DNA of 64,000 nucleotides from the human T2T-CHM13v2.0 reference genome, Homo sapiens, in assembly GCF_009914755.1 (NCBI RefSeq), contig NC_060929.1. The stretch is one strand, 5' to 3'. Each line of letters starts with the position of its first letter. Position 1 is the first letter of the stretch. This document shows positions 26,011 to 41,415 of the stretch, in pieces. The notes under the pieces are model-generated. The model searched no databases and was not told the origin of the DNA. It was given only the letters and a program-made list of their open reading frames with translations. The position numbers and the translations under genes are program-made.

Positions 26011-27567
26011 CTGAAGTATCCAAATTCAGCTTAGTTCTGCACAGTACCAGAAGGAGGAGCAAAAGCACTGGTTTTCATTGAAGACTTGAATGATTTCTGG
26101 CTTTAATCATGACCTCTTAAAGAAACTTTCATATATAATTTGGATGAATATGTAGATATATAGTGTTATTACAGGTAAACTCTGAGTTCAAATACATAAT
26201 ATTTATTTAGTCAACATGTCTATTTTTATGCATGCAATAAATAATTCTAGCATACAGAATATAATAAATACAGTCACTTTACAAATGCTCAAGTTGGATA
26301 TTGAAATTCATTTTCACATAATAGATTTGTTTTGTGTAAAGGGCATATCTAATCACACAGGAGTAAGTATGTTCTTCTTCCCCCTCTCCACTAATTAACT
26401 CTAAAAATAATTAACATCTGCTCTAGAATACAATTTTATGAATAGATTAAATTCTAAATTTAGAAACAATTCAACATGATCCCAAGTTCCATGAACTACT
26501 AAAATCTATTTAATAAAGTTCAAGATATTTAAAAGGACTTTATAGTGAGATGACTGCCAGAAGTTCTTGGGATTTAATGAAGTAAATATTAAATAACAAT
26601 CCCAGAACAATGCTTTTGAGAAATGTAGAGTCTGAAAATGTACAATTATAACTGTTACAAGTAAAAAAAAGCTTTAGATTTGTTTAATCAGTTTAAACAA
26701 CTTCACACATATTTGAGAAGTGTCTATTCTCTTACCAAATCCAAAAATATGACTCTAAAAATGTTATCACTGTTCTCTGATGCTTTTCATTGCCTGTCAT
26801 TCTATATCTAATTTAAAAAATTAATGCAGTTTTAATTTTCTTGGCCTACAGATACATCTCCCATTTATGTACATTGAAAAGAGAAATTCTACTTTCTTGA
26901 ATGTTATATTTCTACCTTTTTTCATGCCTTATGTTTTACAGGTTCCACAATCTAACTTGGTAATTCTGTATCAGTATGTATTTAACCATAGGTTTTCAAC
27001 TGGTTTTTTTCGAAAATAAGATTTCAAAGAAGTTGAAAGATACCAGCAGAGTTTTATACATAATAATTATAATGATAGGATTTTTTTATGATGTTTAATA
27101 AAAAAATTCTAATCAATTTCCTCAATTGAAATATGTAGATAGTACATATTCCAGATGAAATTTTTCGGTAAATTATGACTAGAGTATATGTGAAGATTAT
27201 ATAACCTCTATGGTATTCTAAATGTATTTATATTATATTTGGGATCAGAAATTTATACAACTTTTATCTGAATCCAAGGGACAAAAAAATTATTTTCACA
27301 ATTTTCTACTGAAGTTCAATGATATTTTCTTGATTTTTGAGGAGAGTGTCTACCTATATGTATTATAAAGATTCACAAATCTGTAGGAAGTGTAAATTGC
27401 ATTGATCTTTTTTTTTCTGATTGTCTCCTAAAAGAAAAAATAAATAAATATGTACTCATGGTAGCAAATCAAAGAGGATTTCAATTAATTGATTATACTA
27501 TTATAAGAATTTCTTGATTTTTAAAACACTTTTTGAATACCATCATAAACGCTGTAAATGAACTTAC

Positions 27568-27862
27568 CTACAACAGACATTTCGGGAACACTAGCTGTAT
27601 AGATTTCTTCTGGGAACGTTGGCTCATTGTCATTGATATCATGAATTTTGATCACAAACTCTGACTCTGGCTCTACTGGCCTCAGAGTTCTTCTGTTAAT
27701 AGCTTGTGCGCGTAGAGTATAAAAGGCCTTTTCCTCCCTATCAATTCGCCTTGTGGCATGAATATCACCTGTTTTTTCATCAATAATAAAAAGAGTACCA
27801 GCTCCATCTCCAGATAAGATATATTTGAGTGATCCATCTCCTTTATCTTGGTCTGAATGTAG
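27568..27862 (-). CDS. CDH10: Cadherin-10 coding exon (probably exon 3), 295 bp, most of EC1
   Basis: Not captured in the correct frame by the ORF track. Reads [98 protein letters not shown], with the type II QAI motif, matching recalled CDH10. Acceptor tcccctag|CTA, donor TAG|GTAAGT. Confidence 0.97.
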
Positions 27863-29011
27863 CTAGGGGAAATAAAAAAGAGTATATCCATGATCATGTA
27901 TAAAGGTGCAGGATGCTGAAAGAATTCGCAGAAGGTCTTTCATGTCTCATCACTGAGCAACGGGGTCGGCTATCCTACTTCTTGAAATGAGAGCTGAATA
28001 AGTTTGATCACACGCATTTATACACTTTAAAGAATATGAATAGCCTTTTATATATCAGGATACTTTTTATTCTAAATGAAAAAAATGTAATAAAATTAAA
28101 CCAAGCTCCTGTCTTTGCTTGGTAAATATTCATTTTTATGGGCAAATAAATTCTGTCCCAGATATAAGATATCAGTCTTGATAGGTGGGTGTAAACATTG
28201 CTCTCTCATCTCTTTCTGTGAATGAAAGATTATTTTATTCTTAAATGGTGCAAAACAAAATCTGCTATAAACTTGTTATTAGCTATCATATTTTTGTTGA
28301 TGAATTAGTAATGTCTTAAGAACTGTAAGACAAGCAAAGCTGTAGGAGACAAAGTTCTTACTTTAAAAACAACATACATTATTTTTTGGTTTATACAATA
28401 GACAGCGATTACCCCACAAATATTTGTAGTACTCAGAGCAGATAGATATCTACATAACACATGTCTGTAAATTTTAAAGTTATAAATAAAATTAATGAAC
28501 TATAAAATAAAATATGTTCTAGCCTCCTGCCTTGTCAAATCTACCTTTTTAAAAACCTACAAGGACAAATTCTGTGCAGGAACAAGGCAATACAAGGCCT
28601 GTGTCTTGCTTCTTTTCCTGAGCCTGTAACATAACCACACTGAAGCTTTGAGAATCACTTCATCACATCAAAGAGCTTTGCATGCCTTCATGTGGACATC
28701 TCAGCCCAATGTACACACCATCCTAGTGCAAATGCCAGTCCAGGAGTTCATGTGTCATGAACAAATTCCATCTAGGTTATTTTTCAACAGATGCCCTTAA
28801 GGCTAGCCAACAGGCTTAGGAGTACATATACTACTGTACTAGTGACTGAGTCTAACCTTTGGGCAATTAACTTAAAGAAGAGCCTCTTCTAAAACCTAGA
28901 AGCAAGCTCCGGAATGTTTGGGCAGGAAATAATGGGCCCAATGACCTTGAGAATTCTGGAAATGGACAGGCAGTTGCCAGATGGGTATACCTCCTGCCCT
29001 ATATAGAATTC

Positions 29012-31260
29012 TTACTCTGAAAAGTAAAGCGTGGCCACAGGAAGAACAGATCTTGGCTTTGAGAAACATAAGAAGTGTAAGGTTTTTCTTTCAGTGTTAC
29101 CACCCTACCAATAAACATTTTTACATGCTAGAATCACAGTTTTATTATGTGCAATGAGATTATGCTTCAACAAATTTTTATGTTGTTACATGTTTGATAA
29201 GAAATATTTTTAAAACTGTAGATCTTAATTTCTACAAAAATATTTATTATAAGACATCATTATAGACATGTTTTATGTTTTAATATTTACATAAAATCTA
29301 GACATAAATCAGAATAGGCACACTGATCTACAGCCTACAGAATTGAGAATTCGAGACAATAATCTTCAATTATATGAAAAAATACATAGAGTTACGTATT
29401 TACCTAAATAAGTTTCATTTTTGCTCTTTACTTACACCAACACTCATTTTCATCTAATTAAGTGTAGAATTTTAAACTAATTACGTCCTATTTAAGAAGA
29501 CTTTTGTTTATTTAATTGAAAGGTTCTTTTTTACTTATGAGAACTTATTTCAATGAACTTGCCCCTGAAAACATTTTTATGTAGACACCAAAAATATTTA
29601 AAATAAATAAAATTTTATGTGTATTTATCTTTAATGCATGCTATTACTTGTTATCACTGGGTCTATAAAAGCAGTCTACTTTTTGGTTAATGGAAGTAGT
29701 AATTAGCACCTAGCCATCAACTCTGGATAAAACTACATTTCTGGATAAACTACTTATTAATACAGATATAATAGATTAAGAAAACCCCAAATGGGCATAT
29801 ACTTTGGAGAAAAAGATAAAGAAGTCAGGTAACAAATAGTTTCTTACTACATTTTTAGCTATTCATAAACAATAATGTAAGGTTGAGAAACTCAGGAAAT
29901 AACTCCTTTTAACTAAAAAGCTTTCCGAAGTAACATGTGACTTTTATCCAGGAAACCACTCTTAAAAAAAGTCACAAGACTGATGCTTTACAGGAACTGA
30001 AAATGTACATAGTTGCTGGGAAACTTTCCAATTATATGCATGTGCAACACAGTGGCAATTTTCCAAGTTACAGATTTAAGCACTGCATATCTCTTGTTCT
30101 ATCTGAGAATTAAAATAATTCAAGAAAAATTATTGATATTATCACTAATTTGATGAGCTGTTATGGTTTACAGTAGACAGTTATATTTATTCTCTATGCA
30201 TTCAATAATTTTAATTGAGAAATATTTGCTTATTCTCCTAAGAATTGTGTACTTCTTAATCCAAATCAACAATTCCAGTCAGTTTCTGTGGAAGATCCAA
30301 ACATTTGTGAAATGGAAATTCACAAGACAGCCCCTAAAAAAGCCCCCAGGAATCAATTAGGATTTGTTAAGCTTACAATACCTAAATTATCAAAGAAGGA
30401 GTAGAGGTTTGAACCTGGGAAATTTTTATATGTTATTAATTTTGCATTTTAGAAAGAACACTGCATAAATATAGAATATAGATTTGGAATGAAGAAGGAT
30501 CTAAGGCAAGATAGAGGTCATTAAAACCCTTTCTCCTATTCTAATCAGTTAGACATGCAAAAAAGCTGCTAAGATGGTGAGATTTTAATTTTTAGAAAGC
30601 TCAGTTTTGGAATATAAATCACAGCAGGATTTATTATCTTCACTTATACTACAGAGAGTGAAAATTAAATCTTATAATTGGACCACATACTGTGGGAGTT
30701 TCTGTTGGATTAGAAAATTGAACATGGTAGTAGGGAATCAAAGAGATGGAGTTTGCAAGTAGACTGTGGTTTTGAGAATCAGAAAATGAAAGGATTTCTA
30801 CCTTCACCAATGGGAATATAATTAAGAGAAGCAAATTACAACTAAGAATTTATACAGTTTGATCCTAAGACGACAGAATTACTATACGATTTACTTGAAT
30901 CACTAGAGCTTGTACTAATGATAATGTATATTTAAAAAGTCACAGAGGGAAACAAATGATCACTAGCACTAGAATGAAGGGCAAAAAGGACTGTATTTGA
31001 GGGCATGACATTAGCCTATGTTTAATGAAAGATGGTCTTTGAAAACATATTTGATACATGGACAAGTAAAGAAACTACAAGAGATATTCACTGTAATAAT
31101 GAGATTATGTGGATAATCTAATTGTACATAAAACTGTGATCCTGGCATGTAAAAATGTTTATTGGTAGGGTGATACAACTAAAAAAAAACCTTACACTTC
31201 TTATGTTTTTCAAAGTCAAGATCTGTTCTTCCTGTGGCCAAGCTTTACTTTTCAGAGTAA
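29012..31260. repeat. Inverted duplication, arms 29012-29163 and 31113-31260
   Basis: Manual alignment: about 137/148 matched bases plus two small indels between arm 1 and the reverse complement of arm 2. Confidence 0.93.
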
Positions 31261-32476
31261 ATAAAGGAGGCAGAAAGATGAATTTCCAGATCTCCTGAGA
31301 CTTGGGGAATAGCTCCTCTTCTAGATGAAACTGATGGGATACAGGAACTAAGTAATAACAGGTCTATTGATATTGATGATTTCCTAACAGTTACAGAAAC
31401 AGACCAAAGGACAAAGTTCTTGAGTTATAGTCCCCTTCCTAAGCTTCCCATCTTCTTTTTAAATTTCTCTTTAGTTTTTTTAATTATCTCTTATTCTGCA
31501 TAATTTTTCAACAGTTGTTCTGGTATTACCACCTTCCCTCATTCTTTGTGCGTCTGCGGCACAATTTTACTTCCTATTCCAATTCATTGACTGAGTAATG
31601 ATCAGACAAGGGTTAGTCTTTATAACTGCAGCTTTCTCATGATTCTTCCTTTTTGTTTTGGATATCAGGTAACAACACTTGGATTTAAAAAACAAACATT
31701 TTATTGAACGAAAGAGTTTACATTGCTGAGAAGTTGGGATCAATGGATCACACGCCAAAAAACTTAAAGCATCTACTTTGAAAGATATGACTTATATATT
31801 GATTTGTGTTTTACTATTTTATTATGTGAGACATTAAGTTTTCTTTAAACATAAAAAAATTAGATTATTGTGGTTTTAGTTCCTCAGTAACACCTGTTCT
31901 TCAGTGTGAAACATTTGTGTCACACATTTTTAAAAAGAATTTTATGTTAATACTGACCTTTTCTTTCCTTGAGAAAAGCCTATTAAAAATTCACAACCTG
32001 CTGTGTTCCTTGTAAATTCACAACCAGATAAAGGACATGGCAAGATACATGACAACTAATGAAAATAGAACAACTGGTACTGCACTGCACATTTAAAAGT
32101 CATTTTCCCATTGTTTAACTTTTTTATTCAGACATTTAATTGTAATACATTATTACATTTGTTTATATTGAGTAATTTTAATATTTACAACTAAATGATA
32201 GATTGAATTTAAAGAAAAATTTAAACAAATTTTTCAATGAATGCCTGGTCACTTGAAATGTGTCAGATTTCTGCTAATTTTATAACATTTCTTGTAAAAC
32301 ATCTTTGTATAAAATGAAATTTATAAGTTAAAGGGGACTTACAGCCTATCTAGTTTAAGACCATTTTAAAAAATTATTTTTAAAGAGGAGGAAAAGAATA
32401 TCCAATCAATTGTTTATCCAGTGGAAATGAAATAAGCTTACACGTAAGTATATGGACAGTGTTGGTAAAACATTTT

Positions 32477-33169
32477 AGTTTTTATCTGTTCAGTCTGCTA
32501 TAGCAAACTACAATCATGTGCCACATGAAAACATTTCAATGACAGATTGCATAGACAACAGCAGTCCCATAAGTTTATAATACTGTATTTTTATTGTATA
32601 TTTTCTATGTTTAGATATACGAAGACTTATCATTGTGTTATAATTGCCCACAGTACTCAGTAAAATAACATGCTGTACAGGTTTGTAACCTAGGAGCAAT
32701 AGGCCCTACCATATAGCCTAGGTATGTAGAAGGTTATACCATCTAAGATTGTGTGAGTACATTCTACAATGTTTGCACAATGACAAAATTGCCTAATGAT
32801 GCATTTCTCAGAAGTTGAAGCTATGCATGATTGGACCACAGACTGGGTGGCTTATAAGCAACAGAAATATACTTCTCACTGTTCTGGAGACTGGGAAGTC
32901 CAAGACCAAGGTGCCAACAGATTCAATGTCTGGTAAGGGCCCTCTTTCTGGTTTATAGATGATATCTTCTGGCTGTGTCTTCACATGGCAGAAGGGCAAA
33001 AGGTCTTCATTGAGGATCTCTTGCTGGAGCACTAATGCTATTCATGAGATTTCCACCTTCACACCTAAGCGCCTCACAAAGGCCCCACCTCCTAAAACCA
33101 TCACCTTAGGAGTTAGGATTTCAACATATAAATCTTGGTGGTGAGGCCACAAATATTCACACCATAGCA
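32477..33169 (-). mobile_element. MLT1A0-like MaLR LTR containing a nested Tigger3a
   Basis: ctgctatagcaaacta[insertion]ccacagactgggtggcttataagcaacagaaat...caccatagca. Confidence 0.88.
32511..32833 (-). mobile_element. Tigger3a/Golem-type DNA transposon
   Basis: caatcatg...catgctgtacaggtttgtaacctaggagcaatagg...gcatttctcagaa...catgattg; reverse-complement homologue of 17629-17962. Confidence 0.88.
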
Positions 33170-34201
33170 AATCTTTAACTCTTAATATCGATTCATTTTT
33201 AAGTTACATTAAATGAAGAAATATTACCAAAAAAATCAATCTACAAAGTACAGGAAATTTAAGTAATTTGTTACCAAAAGGATAACAGATAAAATATTTT
33301 ACTTTTATTTTCACCATTGGCTAGAAGAAAAATAAAGAAAAAAAGTTGAATAGTGAAAAAACCATATCTATCAGGAGGCACTTATATTGCTTATATTATT
33401 GTGAGATTATTTCTCATTCAGAATATTGATACCATTTTAGATATTGATAATTGTTGGTATTTGGTTTCATTCCAAAAACTGGAAAAGTAGAGATAATTAG
33501 AATTATATTTGTAGCACTACATTAGAATTATGTTTGTAATAGTTAGACTAGTTTTTAGAAAGATAAATTTCGATGAATGAATCACAAGGATTATAACATT
33601 CAGTATCTGAGTCAAACAATTTATGCTAAGTTTTTACATACATTAACCTGAAAATAACGAAATTATTAAATAGATTTTTCAATTTACAGTGATAATTTGT
33701 GCCTGATTTTCTTTCAAACAGCCAAGGTATTTTATATTTGTTGAAAAAAATGTAGAATGTGGCAAATACGCCATCCTCTCCTGGTGGTATCATTAGTATT
33801 CTGCTCTAATTGCTCCAGTTGATAAACATAATATTAAATGGAAAATAAAACACTGAATCAAATAACTTTAAATTTGCACCCAACAACAACAACAACAAAA
33901 AAACACAGGTGAAAAATTGTCTGGTATCAGAAAGCAGCTGAAAGCATGTCAAAGCCAGCAAACACAATCTGGTCAGAAATAAATAAATAGTTATTCATGT
34001 TGTTGGGGCTGAAGAAAAATGAGGAGAATGGGAGAAAACCTTGAATTAAATGGAGTATGGGAAGATTAGAGAGTAATGCTGGCAATATAGTCCTCCAAGT
34101 GTAGTTTGCTCCCTCCAGAGCACTGTTTCAATATTAATGTACATAAAAACAAGACCAATTTCATGAATCTCGATAAAACAATTCTTCCTTCAAAAGTGGA
34201 A

Positions 34202-34522
<321 letters not shown>

Positions 34523-35721
34523 TTAACAATGAAATAGATTATAAAAACAACTATAATAATTTGCCCATATATATGATTTAAATTGATAAGTACTTTTCTG
34601 AATAATTTCTTTCGGGGACCAGAGGCAAGTTTTGAAGATTTAAATGATGGGTGGGCACATATAGCTGCATAAATTAGTTCTTGGCAAAAAAGTTAAGTGG
34701 TTCATTCTTCACATTTGACAGGGTTCCCCAGAGATTTCCTCCAAGAGGGAAAACGTCAATAGGATCTGGAGTAAATAACTAGGGATTCCTCTTTCCCATT
34801 TAGTCTTCCAAGTCTGCAGCCTATTGAAAGTTGGCCTTGTGCTTGTGGCCACTTCTGACTAAGGTGTCCAATCTGGGATGGTCCTGGAGATGTAGGAGCT
34901 CTCTTTGAAGTCAACTTGAATTACTCAAGAACCTACAAGAGATCAGACTTCTTCATGAGAATGCTATATAATTCTAGAAGGCAGGTCCTGCTAAAAATGT
35001 TGCTATGTCACTTCTTGAAGCATTTCAACTAGGATATATTTATTTGCTAGCATTGGAAAGATATTAAGATTACACTAAAGGCATTTATTTATTTCAGAAA
35101 CACACTTTCACAGGCATTATCTACTTCCAAGGCCAGAAATTTAAAAAATATATTTACAGGCATTAACTGCTTCAAAGGTCAACAATTTAAGTACTTAAGT
35201 TAACGAACCCTCCTTCTAAGTTCTTAAGTGGTATATAAAACACAAAATAGACACATTATTTCTCATGTATTAGCTTATCACTTGTAAAGAGAGTTATTGA
35301 GAAAATGATTTAGAGAAAGTTCATATTATTTTAGAAGCCAGGACTCTTCTTATATTTTTGAAGATCACTGAATTATGAAAATTATCTCCTTGTGGTCTGA
35401 AAATGACATTGAACGTTTTTACACCTTATTTTTTCCCCACAACTTGGAGAAGTCTTCTTAAGAATCTTGGATTTACAATATAGGGATATATGTACACAGG
35501 TGTCTAGGAAGTTGTTAAGTAAATTTACAACATTTAAAAGCAAGAGATTCATTTAAAAGAAGATCACAGAAAAATTAGTAGGGAAATATAACTTCTTTGC
35601 TATGAGCTATACAAATATCTGAGAATCATTCTTTCCTCCTTTTCACCAAGAAAGGCATAATGACAGAGAATTTTAAACGCAGGTGAGGGCTCAGTGTAAG
35701 TATTCACTAAGGAGCCTTTCA

Positions 35722-36018
35722 GGCCTGGCATGTGGCTCATACCTATAATCTCGGTGCTTTGGGAAACCAAGGCAGAAGGATCTTTTGAGGCCAGGAGATC
35801 AAGACCAGTCTAGGCAACACAGACTCCTCTCTACATTTTTTTTTCTTTTAATTAGCCAGTCATGGTGGCATGCCTGTAGTCCCAACTACTTGGGACTCAA
35901 CTGGGACTCATAGGCAGGATTGCTCGAGCCCGTGCATGCAAGGTTACAGTGAGGTATGATCCTGCCATGACATTCTGGGAGACAGAGTAGAACTCTGTCT
36001 TCAAAAAAAATAAAAAAA
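35722..36018 (+). mobile_element. Old Alu (AluJ-like)
   Basis: Diverged dimer: ggatcttttgaggccaggag..., aggttacagtgaggtatgat. Confidence 0.85.
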
Positions 36019-36369
36019 GGAAATATTTCTGCAACTGATTGAATGAAACTAAAGAAGTGATAGAAATTCAAAGGGTGGTATTTTCGGACTTTAAAAGTTT
36101 GGAGACTTTGCTACAGAGACAATATTTGAAGGTCTGTGCCTCTAAGCCTTCTAAAGGTGCTTTTATTTTTCAGAAGGTATAGGTTGACAAATACCTGACT
36201 GGATTCCTGAAGGAGAAGGACTAGGCAGCAGACTACGGTCTCGAGGGACTATGGTCAAAGAGAGGAAAGAGATAAACGAAGTTGGATCTTTACATTTATT
36301 TGATTTTTGAGACACGAACTAAAATGAGCATTTTTTTAAAAGGCTATGAATGCTATCCTTGAAAAAACT

Positions 36370-36390
36370 TGTGTGTGTGTGTGTGTGTGT
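36370..36390. repeat. (TG)n microsatellite
   Basis: About 10 TG units. Confidence 0.9.
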
Positions 36391-38159
36391 ACAAAATACA
36401 CAAACAATGCTAACACAGTATCAGGGGGTACAAAGATCCTCTGAAATATAGCCAAGCAACCCTAAATTAAAATAAAAATAAGATTCTTGTTCTAGGTTAA
36501 CTTTCTGTGTTTTCCCCAATAAAAAAGAATTAAGAAATCAAGATCAACGCTCTCACAAGGAAAAGGGATTGCTCGATTGACTGAGAGATATTCATATCTT
36601 CATCAGATGAATATACCTATCCCCAAACATATCAATGTCATGACTCTGTGATTTGCGTCCTCCCTCATGACATTGATTTATCCACCCTAAAACTTCGTAC
36701 TCATCTATAAAGATCCTATTTATCCAATTATACTTTTTACATGTGTGTGTATATGTATATACAATAGTATACAAAATTAAATATTTAAATTGCTTATGTA
36801 TATATGTATATATAACTGAGCATGTACATGGGTATACATATATAATTTGTGTGCACAAATATATACACATATAAACTCTTAACCTGTAACAATTTTGAAC
36901 TATTATTTTTGTAATTTTTTCTGAAACTAAAAGTATAGTTATTTGAAAATAAGAACCAAGTTTTCTACTCTTGTGGACTCCAAACTTCTCACAGCACATA
37001 GTACATTTTCCTTTTATCTATTTTATTTATTTATAAAAGAAAATGGACATCAGAGCCAGATGTCAAACAAATAAATAAAAAAGATGAGCAATGATTTTGG
37101 AAAGCCTGAATATTTTAAATGAAGTGAAAGAGAGCCAGAAGTTCATAATGAAACATGGGGTCAACAATTACTCTATGTTAAAAGTATAAATCTGCACAAA
37201 GAAAATTTTAGCCTTCAAACTGAAAAAGATTGGGCTGTAAGATATACAGGACTTCCAGTTAACTATGAAATTAGATCAGTGGACTATGTATACATGGATT
37301 ACCAGAGGACGATTTAAAATTTTTAGTGAACTGCTAATAATATAAATGCTAATCCAAATTTGCCTTTGAAACTGTAAGTTAGATCATTGTAAACATCTGT
37401 AATTTATCTTAAGTGTAGGATGAGGTAGGTAAGCAACAGCAGGCCAACGTTCCCACTGTCATCATGTAGAACAGCTAAATAAATCACAGAAAATCATATT
37501 GCCAGGGCCAAATTGCTATGTAAACAAGAACTGAATAAACTGAAACCTGAGAGAAGAGAATTGTACAGATGTGAGCTGATTACTGGCAGCTGCTTTTTCC
37601 CGAGGGAATTTGCCAATTCTTGGCCAGGGGCTTGAAGGTGAGTATCTGTAACTGGCCAAGGAAAGGGCACTTCTAGGAGAAAAAAAAATAAGAGTTTTTA
37701 TGGTACTGGAGTAAAAATATTGGTAAACTGAAGGTCTTCAAGCACATTGCCAGTCTTCCCCAAAAGACTTTTGTTGAATAGAGTCTGTAGGAGGCTAAAG
37801 GGCAAGGCTGAAAGCTTCTGAAAGCTGTAATATAATTACCCACATTTCCAGAGAATTGTGGTTCTTAGATTCAATTTTGTTTTTTAAGTAAAGAGGTGAA
37901 AGTTGGAAGTCCTCCAGAGATTATGGAATTGAACTTGAGGATTTACAGAGACTTATTTTTTAACCTAAGGGCATTCAACAATTCTCAGTGCCTCTAGAAA
38001 CTAAACATACACACTGGTCCCTTGACAAATGGCCATCGCTCAGGAGAAGAGAAAGTAGAAGATACACTGCTCTTCATGTCAAGCTTAAGTGGCAAAACAC
38101 ACAGACAAATTCCTCCTGGTGACTTCTGTCAATTGTTGAAGAAGCGTAAAGCAAACAAA

Positions 38160-38896
<737 letters not shown>

Positions 38897-38999
38897 AGTG
38901 ATAAGCAAATAATCTGATAAACAAAAAGAAAACTTTCCAGTAAAAAATACCTCACTCTGGAGTCTTTGTGTTCTTTATACATATTGTTTGGTTAAAAAT

Positions 39000-40400
<1,401 letters not shown>

Positions 40401-40879
40401 TAAATTTCAACCAGTTTGTGAAAATACATTGAATTGTACAGTTTTGACATGCATATTTTTCAGTATAATTCTTCTTCAATACAAAGTTACCATCTTTCAT
40501 GTCTTTCCACTTTCCATTTGACCCCACCACCTTCACCCACCATCAACATCCAGGCTTATACATCTGGCTATAAATCTAAAAAAAAATGATGTATTCCACC
40601 ACAATGGAATGTAAAGAGAACTACATAGAATAAGAAAACAAAACAAGGAAATACTAGGATTCCATAAATGTCAATATTTTTCCAAATTTATATCAGATAT
40701 TTTTTACTTTAAGATATAAAATTAAAATGAACTGTAATTCATTCAGCTGAAATCTTCTCTATCTTTTTCTCCCTTTCTTAGATCTTTATACAACCTCCAT
40801 CCTGAGGCTGGTGTGCATCTTTTTCATTCACATTTTATATTTTTACAATTTGGGTAAGAATACTTGTCCTTAACAGAAT

Positions 40880-41415
40880 GCATCATTTCCATCCTCCCCA
40901 CAAATCAGTCCTTCTCATTTTACTAACCTGCATGATAATCAAGCCAATTTTTCAAAATAAAAACCTAAGAGTCACTGAGTTTTTCTCCAACTTTACTCAT
41001 TTATTCCATAAGAAAATCCCTTCTGACTTCTAATGTATCTCCAATTCCTTCTCACTGCCTCTGCTGTTCCCATTCCAACACAAATCGTCCTAAGCCATCA
41101 CCTCAGCTCTCATTTAGTCCCTTAGCTTCTTTTTCGGTCATTCTATGGCTACTCTCTACCCAGTAGTGAGAATGATGATTTTTAAATGCATTGGCACTCC
41201 TCTGCTCAAAACCCACCAATGGCTTCCCATCACATTACAATACAATCTAAACCCCTTAGCCCAATTTACAACATCCATATGATGTAAGCTCCTGCCTGTC
41301 ACTTTGGCCTCATCCTTTTCCCTTCTTAAGCCATATAAGCCTAAACTGGCCTTTCTGTTTCTTAAATATGCTACACTTATTTCTACCTCAGCCTTTTGCA
41401 TTTACTATTCCATGG
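40880..41415 (+). mobile_element. L2 LINE fragment
   Basis: cactcctctgctcaaaacccaccaatggcttcccatcac...ctcagccttttgcatttactattcc. Confidence 0.75.

Noticed and set aside
27682-27897. 71 aa ORF overlapping the EC1 exon
   Set aside because: It is an alternative frame of the real cadherin exon; the spliced frame is [10 protein letters not shown]...
29721-29755. Short direct repeats (tctggataaaactac twice; similar ones at about 20925-20975 and 57301-57335)
   Set aside because: They are ordinary slippage micro-duplications with no spacer structure, so not an array.
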